Below the pieces are notes generated by a model. It was given only the letters and a program-made list of their open reading frames with translations. It had not been told where the DNA came from and searched no databases. A stretch of 48,694 bases of DNA from a bacterium. GTDB lineage: Bacteria; Cyanobacteriota; Vampirovibrionia; Gastranaerophilales; JBAXKC01. The stretch spans positions 1 to 48,694 of the forward strand of contig JBAXKC010000022.1 in assembly GCA_037137535.1 (NCBI GenBank), in the 5' to 3' direction. The position numbers and the translations under genes were made by a program. Below are positions 37,681-47,459 of this stretch, in pieces (position 1 is the first letter of the stretch; every line of letters starts with the position of its first letter).

Positions 37681-37746
37681 ATGTCAAACAACTTGCTCAA
37701 CATTATTAGCATTATCGTCCCTGTTATTATTAAACAGGGTTTGTAG
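37681..37746 (+). CDS. ilv operon leader peptide MSNNLLNIISIIVPVIIKQGL (missing from ORF track)
   Basis: AAGGA SD; 21 codons with 6 Ile, 2 Val, 3 Leu; directly upstream of the attenuator and ilvD. Confidence 0.85.
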   Translation: MSNNLLNIISIIVPVIIKQGL

Positions 37747-37823
37747 GCTATTATAAGTTGTCAAGTATAAAGATAATTTTTAAAAAAAGCCCGCAAACCC
37801 GTAATAAGGGAAGCGGGTTTTTT
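37719..37823 (+). promoter_or_regulatory. Transcription attenuator (pause, antiterminator and terminator helices)
   Basis: CCCTGTT/AACAGGG; GGGTTTGTAGGCT pairs with AGCCCGCAAACCC; GCCCGC..GCGGGT plus T-run. Confidence 0.85.
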
Positions 37824-37899
37824 AATATAAATATTCTTTTATATTAATCATTATTGTAAAATTAATTAAGCTGGTTATAAGTAAATTAGGAGAAGAAAA

Positions 37900-39582
37900 G
37901 TGAAAAGCGACAGAATTAAACAAGGTGTTGATAGAGCAGCCCACAGAGCATTATTATATTCTGTCGGACTAAATAAAGAACAGGTAAAAAAACCGTTTAT
38001 CGGTATTGCCAGCTCTTTTACCGACCTTGTCCCGGGACATGCAGGAATGAGAGACCTTGAAAGACAAATAGAAAAAGGTATTCACACAGGTGGCGGACAT
38101 TCCTTTATCTTTGGAGTTCCTGCTGTTTGTGACGGAATTGCAATGGGGCATGACGGAATGAGATATTCACTTCCTTCAAGAGATTTAATAGCTGATTGTA
38201 TAGAAACAGTTGCAGGAGCTCATCAGCTTGATGGTCTTGTATTACTTACAAATTGCGATAAAATCACACCTGGTATGATTATGGCAGCCGTAAGATTAAA
38301 TATACCTTGTATAGTGGTTACCGCTGGCCCTATGATGGACGGAGAATGTAACGGCAAAACTCTTACACTTATAAGCGGTACATTTGAAGCTGTCGGACAA
38401 TTTAAAGCCGGAAAAATAACAGAAGAAGAATTAAGTAAATATGAAATGAACTCATGTCCCGGAGTTGGTTCATGTCAAGGATTATATACCGCTAATACAA
38501 TGGCATGCCTCACAGAAGTAATGGGCTTAAGCCTACCTGGATGCGCTACTGCATCAGCGGTATCAGCAAAGAAAAAAAGAATTGCTTTTGAAAGCGGAAT
38601 CCAAGTTTGTCAATTAGTCGAACATCAAGTATTACCTAAAAATATAGTAACTAAAGAATCTTTAAGAAACGCTATAAGCGTGGATTTAGCTCTTGGCGGT
38701 TCAACAAATTCCGTATTACATTTATTAGCAATTGCAACTGAAGCAGGTGTGAATGTAAATCTTAAAGATTTTGAAGAATTAAGTTTTAAAGTTCCTCAAG
38801 TAATAAAATTAGATCCGTCAGGTCCTTTAACAATGACCGATCTAGACAATGCAGGCGGAATATCTGGTGCATTAAAGACAATGTACGCCAGAGAAGGAAT
38901 GATGAACGATACAATAGGTGTATCTGGTTTATCTACAAGAGAAATTGCCGAAATGTCATGGGTAAACAACAATGTAGTAAAACCTTTAGATGCTCCTGTA
39001 ACCTCCAATCCCGGTTTAGCAGTTTTATATGGAAACATTGCTAAAAATGGTGCTGTTGTTAAAATTTCAGGTGTAGATCCTGAATGCCTTCAATTTAATG
39101 GAGTTGCAAGAGTATTTGACAGTGAAGAAGCTACAATGAATGCTATAAACTCTGATGAAGTTAAAGCAGGAGACGTAGTAGTAATCAGAAATGAAGGTCC
39201 TAAGGGTGGCCCTGGAATGAGGGAAATGCTTGCTCCTACTTCATCAATTGTAGGTAAAGGGCTAGGGAAACATGTTGCATTAATTACTGATGGAAGATTT
39301 TCTGGCGGAACTCGTGGATTATGCATAGGGCATATTGCTCCCGAAGCGGCTGTTGGCGGTTTAATTGCATATATTGAAAATGGTGATCGTATTGAGATTG
39401 ATATTGAAAAAAGAGTTTTAAATCTTGCAGTTAGCGAAGAAGTGCTTGCTGAAAGAAAGAAAAATTATGTAGCACCAAAACCAAAAATAACAAAAGGTTA
39501 CCTCGCAAAATACTCAAAAGTAGTAAGCTCCGCTGATTTAGGTGCTGTTTGCGGTGATTATGAAGCAAGGGGAGAAAACTAA
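37900..39582 (+). CDS. ilvD: Dihydroxy-acid dehydratase
   Basis: [52 protein letters not shown]. Confidence 0.97.
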   Translation: MKSDRIKQGVDRAAHRALLYSVGLNKEQVKKPFIGIASSFTDLVPGHAGMRDLERQIEKGIHTGGGHSFIFGVPAVCDGIAMGHDGMRYSLPSRDLIADCIETVAGAHQLDGLVLLTNCDKITPGMIMAAVRLNIPCIVVTAGPMMDGECNGKTLTLISGTFEAVGQFKAGKITEEELSKYEMNSCPGVGSCQGLYTANTMACLTEVMGLSLPGCATASAVSAKKKRIAFESGIQVCQLVEHQVLPKNIVTKESLRNAISVDLALGGSTNSVLHLLAIATEAGVNVNLKDFEELSFKVPQVIKLDPSGPLTMTDLDNAGGISGALKTMYAREGMMNDTIGVSGLSTREIAEMSWVNNNVVKPLDAPVTSNPGLAVLYGNIAKNGAVVKISGVDPECLQFNGVARVFDSEEATMNAINSDEVKAGDVVVIRNEGPKGGPGMREMLAPTSSIVGKGLGKHVALITDGRFSGGTRGLCIGHIAPEAAVGGLIAYIENGDRIEIDIEKRVLNLAVSEEVLAERKKNYVAPKPKITKGYLAKYSKVVSSADLGAVCGDYEARGEN

Positions 39583-41297
39583 TGGTATCTGAGAATAATT
39601 TACTTTTAGGTGCTGATATTTTATTAAAATCTCTTGAAACTGAAGGTGTAGAGCATATTTTTGGAATACCCGGAGGTGTTGTACTTCCTGTATATGATGC
39701 TATTTGCAGAAATACAAAGATTAAACACTTTCTTATGAAACACGAACAAGCCGCAGTGCATGCAGCTGAAGGTTACGCAAAATCTTCTGGAAAAGTGGGA
39801 GTTGCACTCGTAACATCTGGGCCTGGAGCTACTAATACCGTAACAGGACTTGCTGATGCTTATTATGACTCTGTTCCAATTGTTGTAATAGCAGGAAACG
39901 TTTCTTCTGCTGTACTTGGTAACGATGCGTTTCAAGAATCGGATATTTTTGCAATTACAAGACAATGTACAAAACATAATTTTATTGTCAGAAATATTAA
40001 AGACCTTGCAAGAACAATAAAAGAAGCATTTTATATTGCTTCAACAGGCAGACCGGGACCTGTACTTGTAGATATTACAAAAGAAGCTATTTATGGCAAA
40101 ACTGAATATATACCTGCAACTGAAACAGCTTTACCGGGATATAATCCAAAGCCAGAGCTTGATGTAAGTTCTGTTTACAAAGTAATTGAAGAAATTCAAG
40201 TAGCTGAAAAACCTGTGATTCTTTGTGGTGGTGGAGTAGTAATATCTAATTCTTATGAAGAATTGCTAACTTTAAGCGAAAGATTTGATATACCTGTTGC
40301 TTCAACATTAATGGGACTTGGCGGATTTCCCGCTGATAATAAAAACTTTTTAGGTTTTGCAGGCATGCATGGAAGATACTGGGCAAACCATGCCATAACA
40401 AATTCTGACCTTTTAATTATATTAGGCGGAAGAATGAGCGACAGACAAACAGGCGTATTAAAAGATTATTGCCCTAATGCAAGGACAATACATATTGATA
40501 TTGATCCTGCATCTTTGAATAAAAATTTATATGTCGATCTTGCTATACATGCCGAATTAAAAGAATTACTTTCTTTAATTATAAAAAATACAGAAGCAAT
40601 TGAATTAACTGAAGCGCAGAAAAATTCAAGAAAAGAATGGCATAAAGAAATAGATGCTTATAGAACAGAAGCGACTACATTTAAAGTAAGTGAAGATAAT
40701 AACCATCCGCGACCTGATGAACTTATAAGTAAAGTTTATGAATTGACCGCAGATGATGCATTTATTGCTACAGAAGTCGGTCAACATCAAATGTGGTCTG
40801 CTCAATTGTTCAATAAAAACTGCTCAAGAAGATTTCTTACTTCAGGCGGATTAGGCACAATGGGATTTGGCTTTCCTGCTGCTCTTGGCGCACAAATTGC
40901 TAATCCAGACAAACAGGTTGTTGTTATTGCAGGGGACGGAAGTTTTCAGATGAATCTTCAGGAAATTGCAACCGCTGTAGCTTATGATATTCCTGTTAAA
41001 GTTGTCATCGTAAATAACGGATTCCTTGGAATGGTCAGACAATGGCAAAATTATATGTTTGATGGAAGACTTTCAGAATCAAAAGTATTTTCACCGGATT
41101 ATATAAAACTTGCTGATGCTTATGGTGCAAAAGGCTATAGAGTTGATAAAATATCAGAGCTTGATAATGTTTTAAAAGAGGCTTTAGCTCAACCTGGATT
41201 TGCTATTGTTGATTGTATAGTTGAAAGCCAAGAAGACGTGCTTCCATGGGTTCCTGTAGGTAACGCAAATTCAAACATGCTTGTGGAGAAAAAATAA
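39582..41297 (+). CDS. ilvB: Acetolactate synthase large subunit
   Basis: FGIPGG, HEQAAVHAA, TSGPGATN, GMHG, SGGLGTMGFG, GDGSFQM..NN. Confidence 0.96.
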   Translation: MVSENNLLLGADILLKSLETEGVEHIFGIPGGVVLPVYDAICRNTKIKHFLMKHEQAAVHAAEGYAKSSGKVGVALVTSGPGATNTVTGLADAYYDSVPIVVIAGNVSSAVLGNDAFQESDIFAITRQCTKHNFIVRNIKDLARTIKEAFYIASTGRPGPVLVDITKEAIYGKTEYIPATETALPGYNPKPELDVSSVYKVIEEIQVAEKPVILCGGGVVISNSYEELLTLSERFDIPVASTLMGLGGFPADNKNFLGFAGMHGRYWANHAITNSDLLIILGGRMSDRQTGVLKDYCPNARTIHIDIDPASLNKNLYVDLAIHAELKELLSLIIKNTEAIELTEAQKNSRKEWHKEIDAYRTEATTFKVSEDNNHPRPDELISKVYELTADDAFIATEVGQHQMWSAQLFNKNCSRRFLTSGGLGTMGFGFPAALGAQIANPDKQVVVIAGDGSFQMNLQEIATAVAYDIPVKVVIVNNGFLGMVRQWQNYMFDGRLSESKVFSPDYIKLADAYGAKGYRVDKISELDNVLKEALAQPGFAIVDCIVESQEDVLPWVPVGNANSNMLVEKK

Positions 41298-41603
41298 ATG
41301 ACAACTAACGAACAAGTACATAAAAATTCATTATACATATTGGCAGAGAACAAACTCGGAGTTCTGGAAAAAATAGTCGGCACTTTTACCGTAAGAGGTT
41401 ATTTGCCCGAAAACATTGTTTATACACCGAGTAAGAACCCAGACTTTGCTGATGTTAAAATAACAGTTCCAAGCACTGATGCAGAGCTGGAAAAAATTGT
41501 TAAAATTTTACATAACAATATAAATATTCTTGAGATATGCTTAATATTAGATGATAAGAATAAAGCATGTTCGACCTTTAACACAAAACCCGTTAGTAGA
41601 TAA
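41298..41603 (+). CDS. ilvN: Acetolactate synthase small subunit (single ACT domain)
   Basis: ENKLGVLEKIVGTFTVRGY ACT pattern; located between ilvB and ilvC. Confidence 0.8.
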   Translation: MTTNEQVHKNSLYILAENKLGVLEKIVGTFTVRGYLPENIVYTPSKNPDFADVKITVPSTDAELEKIVKILHNNINILEICLILDDKNKACSTFNTKPVSR

Positions 41604-41638
41604 ATAGTTGATTACATTACTAGGAGGAAAATTCCAAA

Positions 41639-42673
41639 ATGTCTAACGAAACACAATTAAAAGTTTATTATGACCGCGATATAAACGCAGACCTCATTTT
41701 AAACAAAAAAGTAGTAATTTTAGGATATGGTTCACAAGGTCACGCTCATGCGCAAAACCTTAAAGATTCAGGTGTAAACGTAAGAGTTGCATTAAGAGCT
41801 GGGTCAAAATCAGCTGATAGAGTAAGAGAAGCTGGTTTTGAGTGTATGACTTTTGAAGAAGCTGCACAATGGGCTGATGTTGTAATGAACCTTTTACCTG
41901 ACACCGTTCATAGAGAAGTTTATGAAAAATCAATCGCTCCAAACCTAAGACCTGGAATGTATCTTGGTTTTGCTCATGGTTTCAGCATTTTATATAAAGA
42001 AGTTGTTCCTCCTGCTGATGTAAACACCTTTATCGTTGCGCCAAAAGGACCTGGACACCTTGTAAGATCAGAATACAAAAGAGGAGCAGGCGTTCCTTCT
42101 TTAGTAGCTGTTGATCAAAACCCTTCAAAAGATACTCTTGAAGTTGCTCTTGCTTATGCAAAAATGAACGGCGGCGGAAGAGGCGGAGTTATCGAAACAA
42201 CCTTTAAAGATGAAACAGAAACCGATCTTTTCGGTGAACAAGCTGTTCTTTGCGGTGGAGCTGCTGCATTAATTAAAGCTGGTTTTGAAACCTTAACCGA
42301 AGCTGGATATCCTCCTGAAATGGCTTACTTTGAGTGCTTACACGAATTAAAACTTATCGTAGACCTTATCTACACAGGTGGAATCGAAGATATGAGATTC
42401 TCAATCAGCGATACAGCCAGATATGGTGATGTTTCCAGAGGACCTAGAGTTGTAACAGACAACACAAAACAAGAAATGAAAAAAATCCTTGAAGAAATTC
42501 AATCAGGTCAATTCGCTAAAGAATGGATCGAAGAAAACAGAAAAGGTCAGCCTAACCTTAAGAGATTAGTTGAAGAAGATCATAATCACCCTCTTGAAGT
42601 AACAGGAAGAAAACTAAGATCAATGATGAGCTGGTTGAAAGATAATAGCTTGATTTCAGAAAACGAAAGATAA
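41639..42673 (+). CDS. ilvC: Ketol-acid reductoisomerase
   Basis: GYGSQGHAHAQNL, APKGPGH, ETETDLFGEQAVLCGG, AYFECLHE, ISDTARYG. Confidence 0.97.
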   Translation: MSNETQLKVYYDRDINADLILNKKVVILGYGSQGHAHAQNLKDSGVNVRVALRAGSKSADRVREAGFECMTFEEAAQWADVVMNLLPDTVHREVYEKSIAPNLRPGMYLGFAHGFSILYKEVVPPADVNTFIVAPKGPGHLVRSEYKRGAGVPSLVAVDQNPSKDTLEVALAYAKMNGGGRGGVIETTFKDETETDLFGEQAVLCGGAAALIKAGFETLTEAGYPPEMAYFECLHELKLIVDLIYTGGIEDMRFSISDTARYGDVSRGPRVVTDNTKQEMKKILEEIQSGQFAKEWIEENRKGQPNLKRLVEEDHNHPLEVTGRKLRSMMSWLKDNSLISENER

Positions 42674-42685
42674 GGAATAAAGTCC

Positions 42686-43972
42686 ATGGGTTACGTTAAC
42701 AAGAAATTAAATGTGATCGGTGTCGTCAATTTTGACGATAAAAATCGTAAAAAGAGAAAGTATTTTCATTTAAAGAAAATCAGAAATTTTTCTACTTTTA
42801 CGCCTAGATTTAAGATGCTGATTAATCCTATTGATGAAAAAGGAACATGGCACTTTCTTGTTAAGAAAAATTTAAACCCTGTCTTTAATCATCTCGGCTC
42901 TATAAAACTTGGTGATAATGTTTTGCCGTTAAGTATCTACAGAAAAATCTTTAATCTGTATGATTCAATACTTGATGCAAGAAAAGTTATGCTTAGATAT
43001 AGATCTGATCTTTCAACTGTTGTTGATTTAGAAACAAATTGTATTACACCATTGGTAGCTTCAAATAAGCTGCCAATGGTATTCTACAAGCGTGAAGATA
43101 CTACTTCGATAAAAGCATATAAAATTCGTGGTGCTATTTATCAGATGAGTAAAATAATTGAGCAAAATCACTCAAAAAATCTTCGCTTTGTTGCTGCATC
43201 AACAGGAAATCATGCTTTAGGCGTACTCAAATCTGCTGAAATATTAAAAGTACCTAGAGTTACAATTTGTATTTCATCAGTTGTAACACCATTTAAGCAA
43301 AAGAAACTTCAAAAACGAGTTGATGATCTTGTTGCACAAGGTATAAAAGCTGAATTGGTTGTGGAGGGTGATACTTTTGACAAAACTAACACTTTTGCAA
43401 AAAATCTTGTCGAAACTAACCCCGATACATATTATATCGACCCTTATGACACTCATAATGCTGTCGGTGGACAAGGTACTATTGGACTTGAGCTGATTCA
43501 TCAGCTTGAAAATCAGTTTTTTGACTATGAAAAACTAGATTATGATATGACAAAGATTAAAGCACTTAAAAAATTGACAATTATTATTCCTATTGGCGGT
43601 GGAGGTCTTATTTCAGGTATTTCAACCGCAGTAAAAATGGCTATTAGAAACAGTAAATTAAAACACGTTTCAGTAAATATTATCGGAGTTAGATTAAAAG
43701 ACTTAAATTCACGACATGGCGATGCCATAAAAGTAAAAGTTTTAGGCGAACATAATCAGGATTTAATTAAAAATATAGTTGATAAAATAGTAACAATTAC
43801 AGATATGGACATGCAAAGAGGTATAAACTTTGTTCTTGATGATATGAAAGCAAGAATAGAGGGGGCTTCTGCAGCAACTTTAAAACCTATATTTGATAAT
43901 ATCGTTATTCCTTCAGAAGAGCATGCCATTGTATGTCTTATAAGTGGCGGAAATGCAACCTTACATTCTTAA
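42686..43972 (+). CDS. ilvA: PLP-dependent threonine/serine dehydratase with an N-terminal extension
   Basis: KRED...KAYKIRGA (PLP lysine), ASTGNHA, GQGTIGLE, PIGGGGLISG, ISGGN; last gene of the ilv operon. Confidence 0.8.
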   Translation: MGYVNKKLNVIGVVNFDDKNRKKRKYFHLKKIRNFSTFTPRFKMLINPIDEKGTWHFLVKKNLNPVFNHLGSIKLGDNVLPLSIYRKIFNLYDSILDARKVMLRYRSDLSTVVDLETNCITPLVASNKLPMVFYKREDTTSIKAYKIRGAIYQMSKIIEQNHSKNLRFVAASTGNHALGVLKSAEILKVPRVTICISSVVTPFKQKKLQKRVDDLVAQGIKAELVVEGDTFDKTNTFAKNLVETNPDTYYIDPYDTHNAVGGQGTIGLELIHQLENQFFDYEKLDYDMTKIKALKKLTIIIPIGGGGLISGISTAVKMAIRNSKLKHVSVNIIGVRLKDLNSRHGDAIKVKVLGEHNQDLIKNIVDKIVTITDMDMQRGINFVLDDMKARIEGASAATLKPIFDNIVIPSEEHAIVCLISGGNATLHS

Positions 43973-44265
43973 AAAAAAACTCTTCAAGACCTTAATCTAA
44001 AAGAGTATTGTGCTTGGGTAAATAGAATAATCATTCTATTTTATTGAAAAGGGATTTTGCTATCTCTAAGTGTAAAATAAATAAAATCGATTCTGCTTAA
44101 TGTATTTTCGGATTTATGATTTCTGTATAAGTTTTATTTTTTTATAAGTTAATAAATAGGATTTCAAAAAAATTGTTTTCACTAGCAATTTTTTCGTTCT
44201 TATTGGTTTTTGTAATATAATCTGTATCATCGTAAAGAAAACAAATAATTTTGGAGTATAACAAC

Positions 44266-45291
44266 ATGCTTATCGTAATGGAACCAAAAGCAAGTCAAGA
44301 AAAAATTGATAAAGTAGTTTCTTATATAAAAGATAAAGGCTTTGATGCTCATGTTTCGCAAGGTGAAATTAATACTGTAATTGGTGCAGTTGGCGGAAAA
44401 ACAATAGATACACGCTCAATTGAGTTAATGGACGGAGTTCAGGACGTTGTGAAAATTACAACAAGCTATAAACTTGCAAGTAAAGTCTTTAAACCTGAAC
44501 CAACTGTAATTAAAGTTGGAAATATAGAAATAGGTTCAGATCAACTTTGCCTTATTGCAGGACCTTGCACAGTTGAGTCGTTAGAACAAATTGAAGGCAC
44601 TTTAGAAGCTCTTTCTAAATTAAATCTTCCTCTTGTAATCAGAGGCGGAGCTTTTAAGCCTAGAACTTCCCCATATAGTTTTCAGGGTTTAGGCGAAGAA
44701 GGATTAAAAATCCTTAAAAGTGTTGCTGAGAAATATAATTTCCCTATTATTTCAGAAATTATGGATATTTCTCAATTGCCTATGTTTTTAAAATATGCAG
44801 ATATTTTACAAGTTGGTGCAAGAAATATGCAGAATTTTAACCTTTTAAAAGAACTCGGTCAAATTAGAAAACCGGTTATGCTAAAGCGTGGAGCTTCTGC
44901 TACTATTGAAGAATGGTTGATGTCAGCTGAATATGTTATGTATGGCGGTAATATGGAAGTTATTCTTTGCGAAAGAGGAATCAGAACCTTCGAAAATGCT
45001 ACCCGAAATACATTAGACATTTCCGCAATTCCTGTAATTAAAAAGCTGAGCCACTTACCAATAATCGTTGACCCAAGCCATGGAACAGGACTTAGAAACA
45101 AAGTTGCGCCTATGTCCAGAGCTGCTGTTGCAGCGGGTGCTGATGGTGTAATGATAGAAGTTCACCATAGCCCGGAAACTGCTCTTTGCGATGGTGCTCA
45201 ATCACTTTACCCAGAACAATTTGAAGCGTTAGTTAAAGATTTAAAAGTTATTGCTCCTGTTGTAGGTAAATATGTAAAAGAAAATAAATAA
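44266..45291 (+). CDS. aroF: DAHP synthase, type I-beta with N-terminal regulatory domain
   Basis: IAGPCTVES, RGGAFKPRTSPYSFQG, GARNMQNF, CERGIRTF, DPSH; ATG 44266 after GGAG. Confidence 0.95.
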   Translation: MLIVMEPKASQEKIDKVVSYIKDKGFDAHVSQGEINTVIGAVGGKTIDTRSIELMDGVQDVVKITTSYKLASKVFKPEPTVIKVGNIEIGSDQLCLIAGPCTVESLEQIEGTLEALSKLNLPLVIRGGAFKPRTSPYSFQGLGEEGLKILKSVAEKYNFPIISEIMDISQLPMFLKYADILQVGARNMQNFNLLKELGQIRKPVMLKRGASATIEEWLMSAEYVMYGGNMEVILCERGIRTFENATRNTLDISAIPVIKKLSHLPIIVDPSHGTGLRNKVAPMSRAAVAAGADGVMIEVHHSPETALCDGAQSLYPEQFEALVKDLKVIAPVVGKYVKENK

Positions 45292-45316
45292 AATATTATT
45301 TTACTTTATAAACTTA

Positions 45317-45346
45317 AAAAAATAGAGCGTTATTGCTCTATTTTTT
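45317..45346. terminator. Bidirectional terminator
   Basis: AAAAAATAGAGC / GCTCTATTTTTT, overlapping the stop of the convergent ORF. Confidence 0.65.
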
Positions 45347-45689
45347 GTTTATTCAGTAAATACTCGCTTCTCGATGGATTAGAAAATGTATCTGCTACTT
45401 TCAATGTAAGACGAGTCTGATTATCTTTTAATGGAGCATTCATCCAAATTTTAAAGAAGGTCTCTTTTATTATTGAATAAACCTTTGAAGTTATAGTATT
45501 TTGCTGATCCTTTGATAAATTAATTTCGCTAGTTCTATTTATATCAGAATAAAATTCATCCATTTCATTTTTTGCATGACTATAACAAGATAAACAAAAT
45601 GTAGTTTCAGTAGAATTCGGGTTTTTATCCTCAATTGTAGGAGTATTAGCTGTATTCTTTATTAATTTATAAGAAGAATTAATATTCAC
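45330..45689 (-). CDS. Hypothetical protein (paralog of 45679..46020)
   Basis: Shares M.(D/E)FY..LS....IT.K.Y.I...KI with its neighbour. Confidence 0.6.
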   Translation of the reverse strand: MNINSSYKLIKNTANTPTIEDKNPNSTETTFCLSCYSHAKNEMDEFYSDINRTSEINLSKDQQNTITSKVYSIIKETFFKIWMNAPLKDNQTRLTLKVADTFSNPSRSEYLLNKQKIEQ

Positions 45690-46020
45690 TTTTAGCCGTC
45701 TCCTTTAAATTATTAGATTCATTATTAAAAGTTAATGATATATTCTCAATATATTTTATATTTTCACTATTAGTTTTCTCTTTAGCTAAAATCTTTAAAA
45801 GAATATCTGATAATATTTGATATGTTTTGGCGGTTATTTTATCTTTAATGTTTTCTGATAAAGGCAATTTTTCTTTCTTATGAAAACTATCATAAAAATC
45901 AGACATTGAAGATGAAATATGAGAAATTTGTGATTTTTCTTCTTCGGGTTGATTGTCATTTAATTTGCTTGATCCAAAAAAAATATTGGTGGCTAATTTA
46001 GTTATATGTATATTGTTCAC
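45679..46020 (-). CDS. Hypothetical protein
   Basis: GAGGT SD, GTG start, overlaps the paralog by 11 nt. Confidence 0.65.
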   Translation of the reverse strand: MNNIHITKLATNIFFGSSKLNDNQPEEEKSQISHISSSMSDFYDSFHKKEKLPLSENIKDKITAKTYQILSDILLKILAKEKTNSENIKYIENISLTFNNESNNLKETAKSEY

Positions 46021-46056
46021 TTTTACCTCATTACCTGTCTTTGAAAAAATTATAAA

Positions 46057-46095
46057 ACAAAAGAAGCTTTTTAGTATTTAAAAAGCTTCTTTTGT
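46057..46095 (-). terminator. Terminator after rpsA
   Basis: 16-bp inverted repeat ACAAAAGAAGCTTTTT / AAAAAGCTTCTTTTGT. Confidence 0.75.
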
Positions 46096-46136
46096 CAGTT
46101 ATCTAATAATTAGAAGACCATTATATTCTTAAATTA

Positions 46137-47228
46137 TTATCCTTGTTGTTCTGTTTCAGTATTATGTGATTCATGAATACTAAGGCTTATTCTTCTGTCA
46201 TCAGGATTAAATCTTATGATATGAGCTTCAATTTCTGCTCCTGACTCTAAAGTATTACCTGTAGCATTTTGATATTCCTGAACTTCTTTAAATGGTAAAA
46301 GAGCTTCAACTCCTGGATGTATTTCAACAAATGCTCCAAAGTTTTTAACTCTGATAATTATACCTTTAACTTTTTGACCTTCTTGAAGAATTTGTGTCGC
46401 TTCAATCCATGGATCTGGTTGCAGGCTTTTTAAGCTAAGACTTACACGTTGTTTTTCATCATCAATTCCGATTACTTCAACTTTAATTTTGTCAGCTACT
46501 TTTAATAAATCAGCCGGATGATCTACCCATCTCCATGACATTTGAGAAAGTGGAAGTAATCCGTCAATACCGCCTATATCAACAAAAGCACCGAATTCAG
46601 CAAGCCTTACAACTTCACCTTCAACAACTGTTCCAGGTTGAATCTTATCAAAGAGATCTTTTCTTTGTTCAGCTTGTAAATCGCTTACAACTTTTCTGTT
46701 AGAAAGAATTAAGTTATTTTGTTGAGCATCAACTGAAAGAATTTTAAGAGGCAAGGTTTGACCCACAAGGTTTTCTGCATCTTTTACTCTTAAATGGCTT
46801 GAAGGAACAAATCCTCTTATGCCTAAAACTTCAACTAAGACTCCGCCTTTAACAAGACTTGCCACTTCACCGTTAACAACTGCATCTTCGTCTTTAAGTT
46901 TTTCAAGCTCTTTCCAGCTATATGCAGAAGCAACTTTTTTAAGTGATAAAGTAAGTTGTCCATCTTCATCTTCTTCTTTTATGATTAAGAATTCTTTCTC
47001 ATCACCTACTTTAACTGCATTTTTTGCATCAACTGATGGTAAGTTTGATACTTCTTTTGAAGGAACTACTGCTGCTGTTTTTGAACCTATATCAACAGTT
47101 ATTCCGCCTGATTCATATCCGACTACAATTCCTTTGACAAGATCGCCTTTTTTGAAACTGTAATCATATTTATCAAGCAAAAGCTCGAATTCGCTTTTGT
47201 CAGAATTTAACATTTCTTCTGCTGTCAT
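46137..47228 (-). CDS. rpsA: 30S ribosomal protein S1 (short form)
   Basis: LLDKYDYSFKKGDLVKG..VDIGSK, GIRGFVPSSH, FGAFVDIGGIDGLL; four S1-like repeats in 363 aa. Confidence 0.92.
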   Translation of the reverse strand: MTAEEMLNSDKSEFELLLDKYDYSFKKGDLVKGIVVGYESGGITVDIGSKTAAVVPSKEVSNLPSVDAKNAVKVGDEKEFLIIKEEDEDGQLTLSLKKVASAYSWKELEKLKDEDAVVNGEVASLVKGGVLVEVLGIRGFVPSSHLRVKDAENLVGQTLPLKILSVDAQQNNLILSNRKVVSDLQAEQRKDLFDKIQPGTVVEGEVVRLAEFGAFVDIGGIDGLLPLSQMSWRWVDHPADLLKVADKIKVEVIGIDDEKQRVSLSLKSLQPDPWIEATQILQEGQKVKGIIIRVKNFGAFVEIHPGVEALLPFKEVQEYQNATGNTLESGAEIEAHIIRFNPDDRRISLSIHESHNTETEQQG

Positions 47229-47402
47229 TTTTATAATATCCTCCGAAAAACTACAACGTCTCGAGAATTAAAATTATTCCATCTTTACATTATAGCAAAA
47301 GGATTTCATTTTTTACATTTCCCTGACGACTAATTTTATATTTATTTTTTTTAAAATCAGAATTACTCAATTAAAATGAATATTAATTTATTTTTAAAAC
47401 CT

Positions 47403-47430
47403 TTAAAACTGCCTTGTAGGGCAGTTTTAA
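47403..47430. terminator. Intrinsic terminator
   Basis: TTAAAACTGCC / GGCAGTTTTAA. Confidence 0.7.
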
Positions 47431-47459
47431 GAGTGATACATTTTATTGAGTATATAGAC

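Noticed and set aside
37900-47228. Short antisense ORFs inside ilvD, ilvB, ilvC, ilvA, aroF and rpsA (similarly in rph, metG, hutH, copA)
   Set aside because: Fully overlap well-supported genes and have no motifs or SD support
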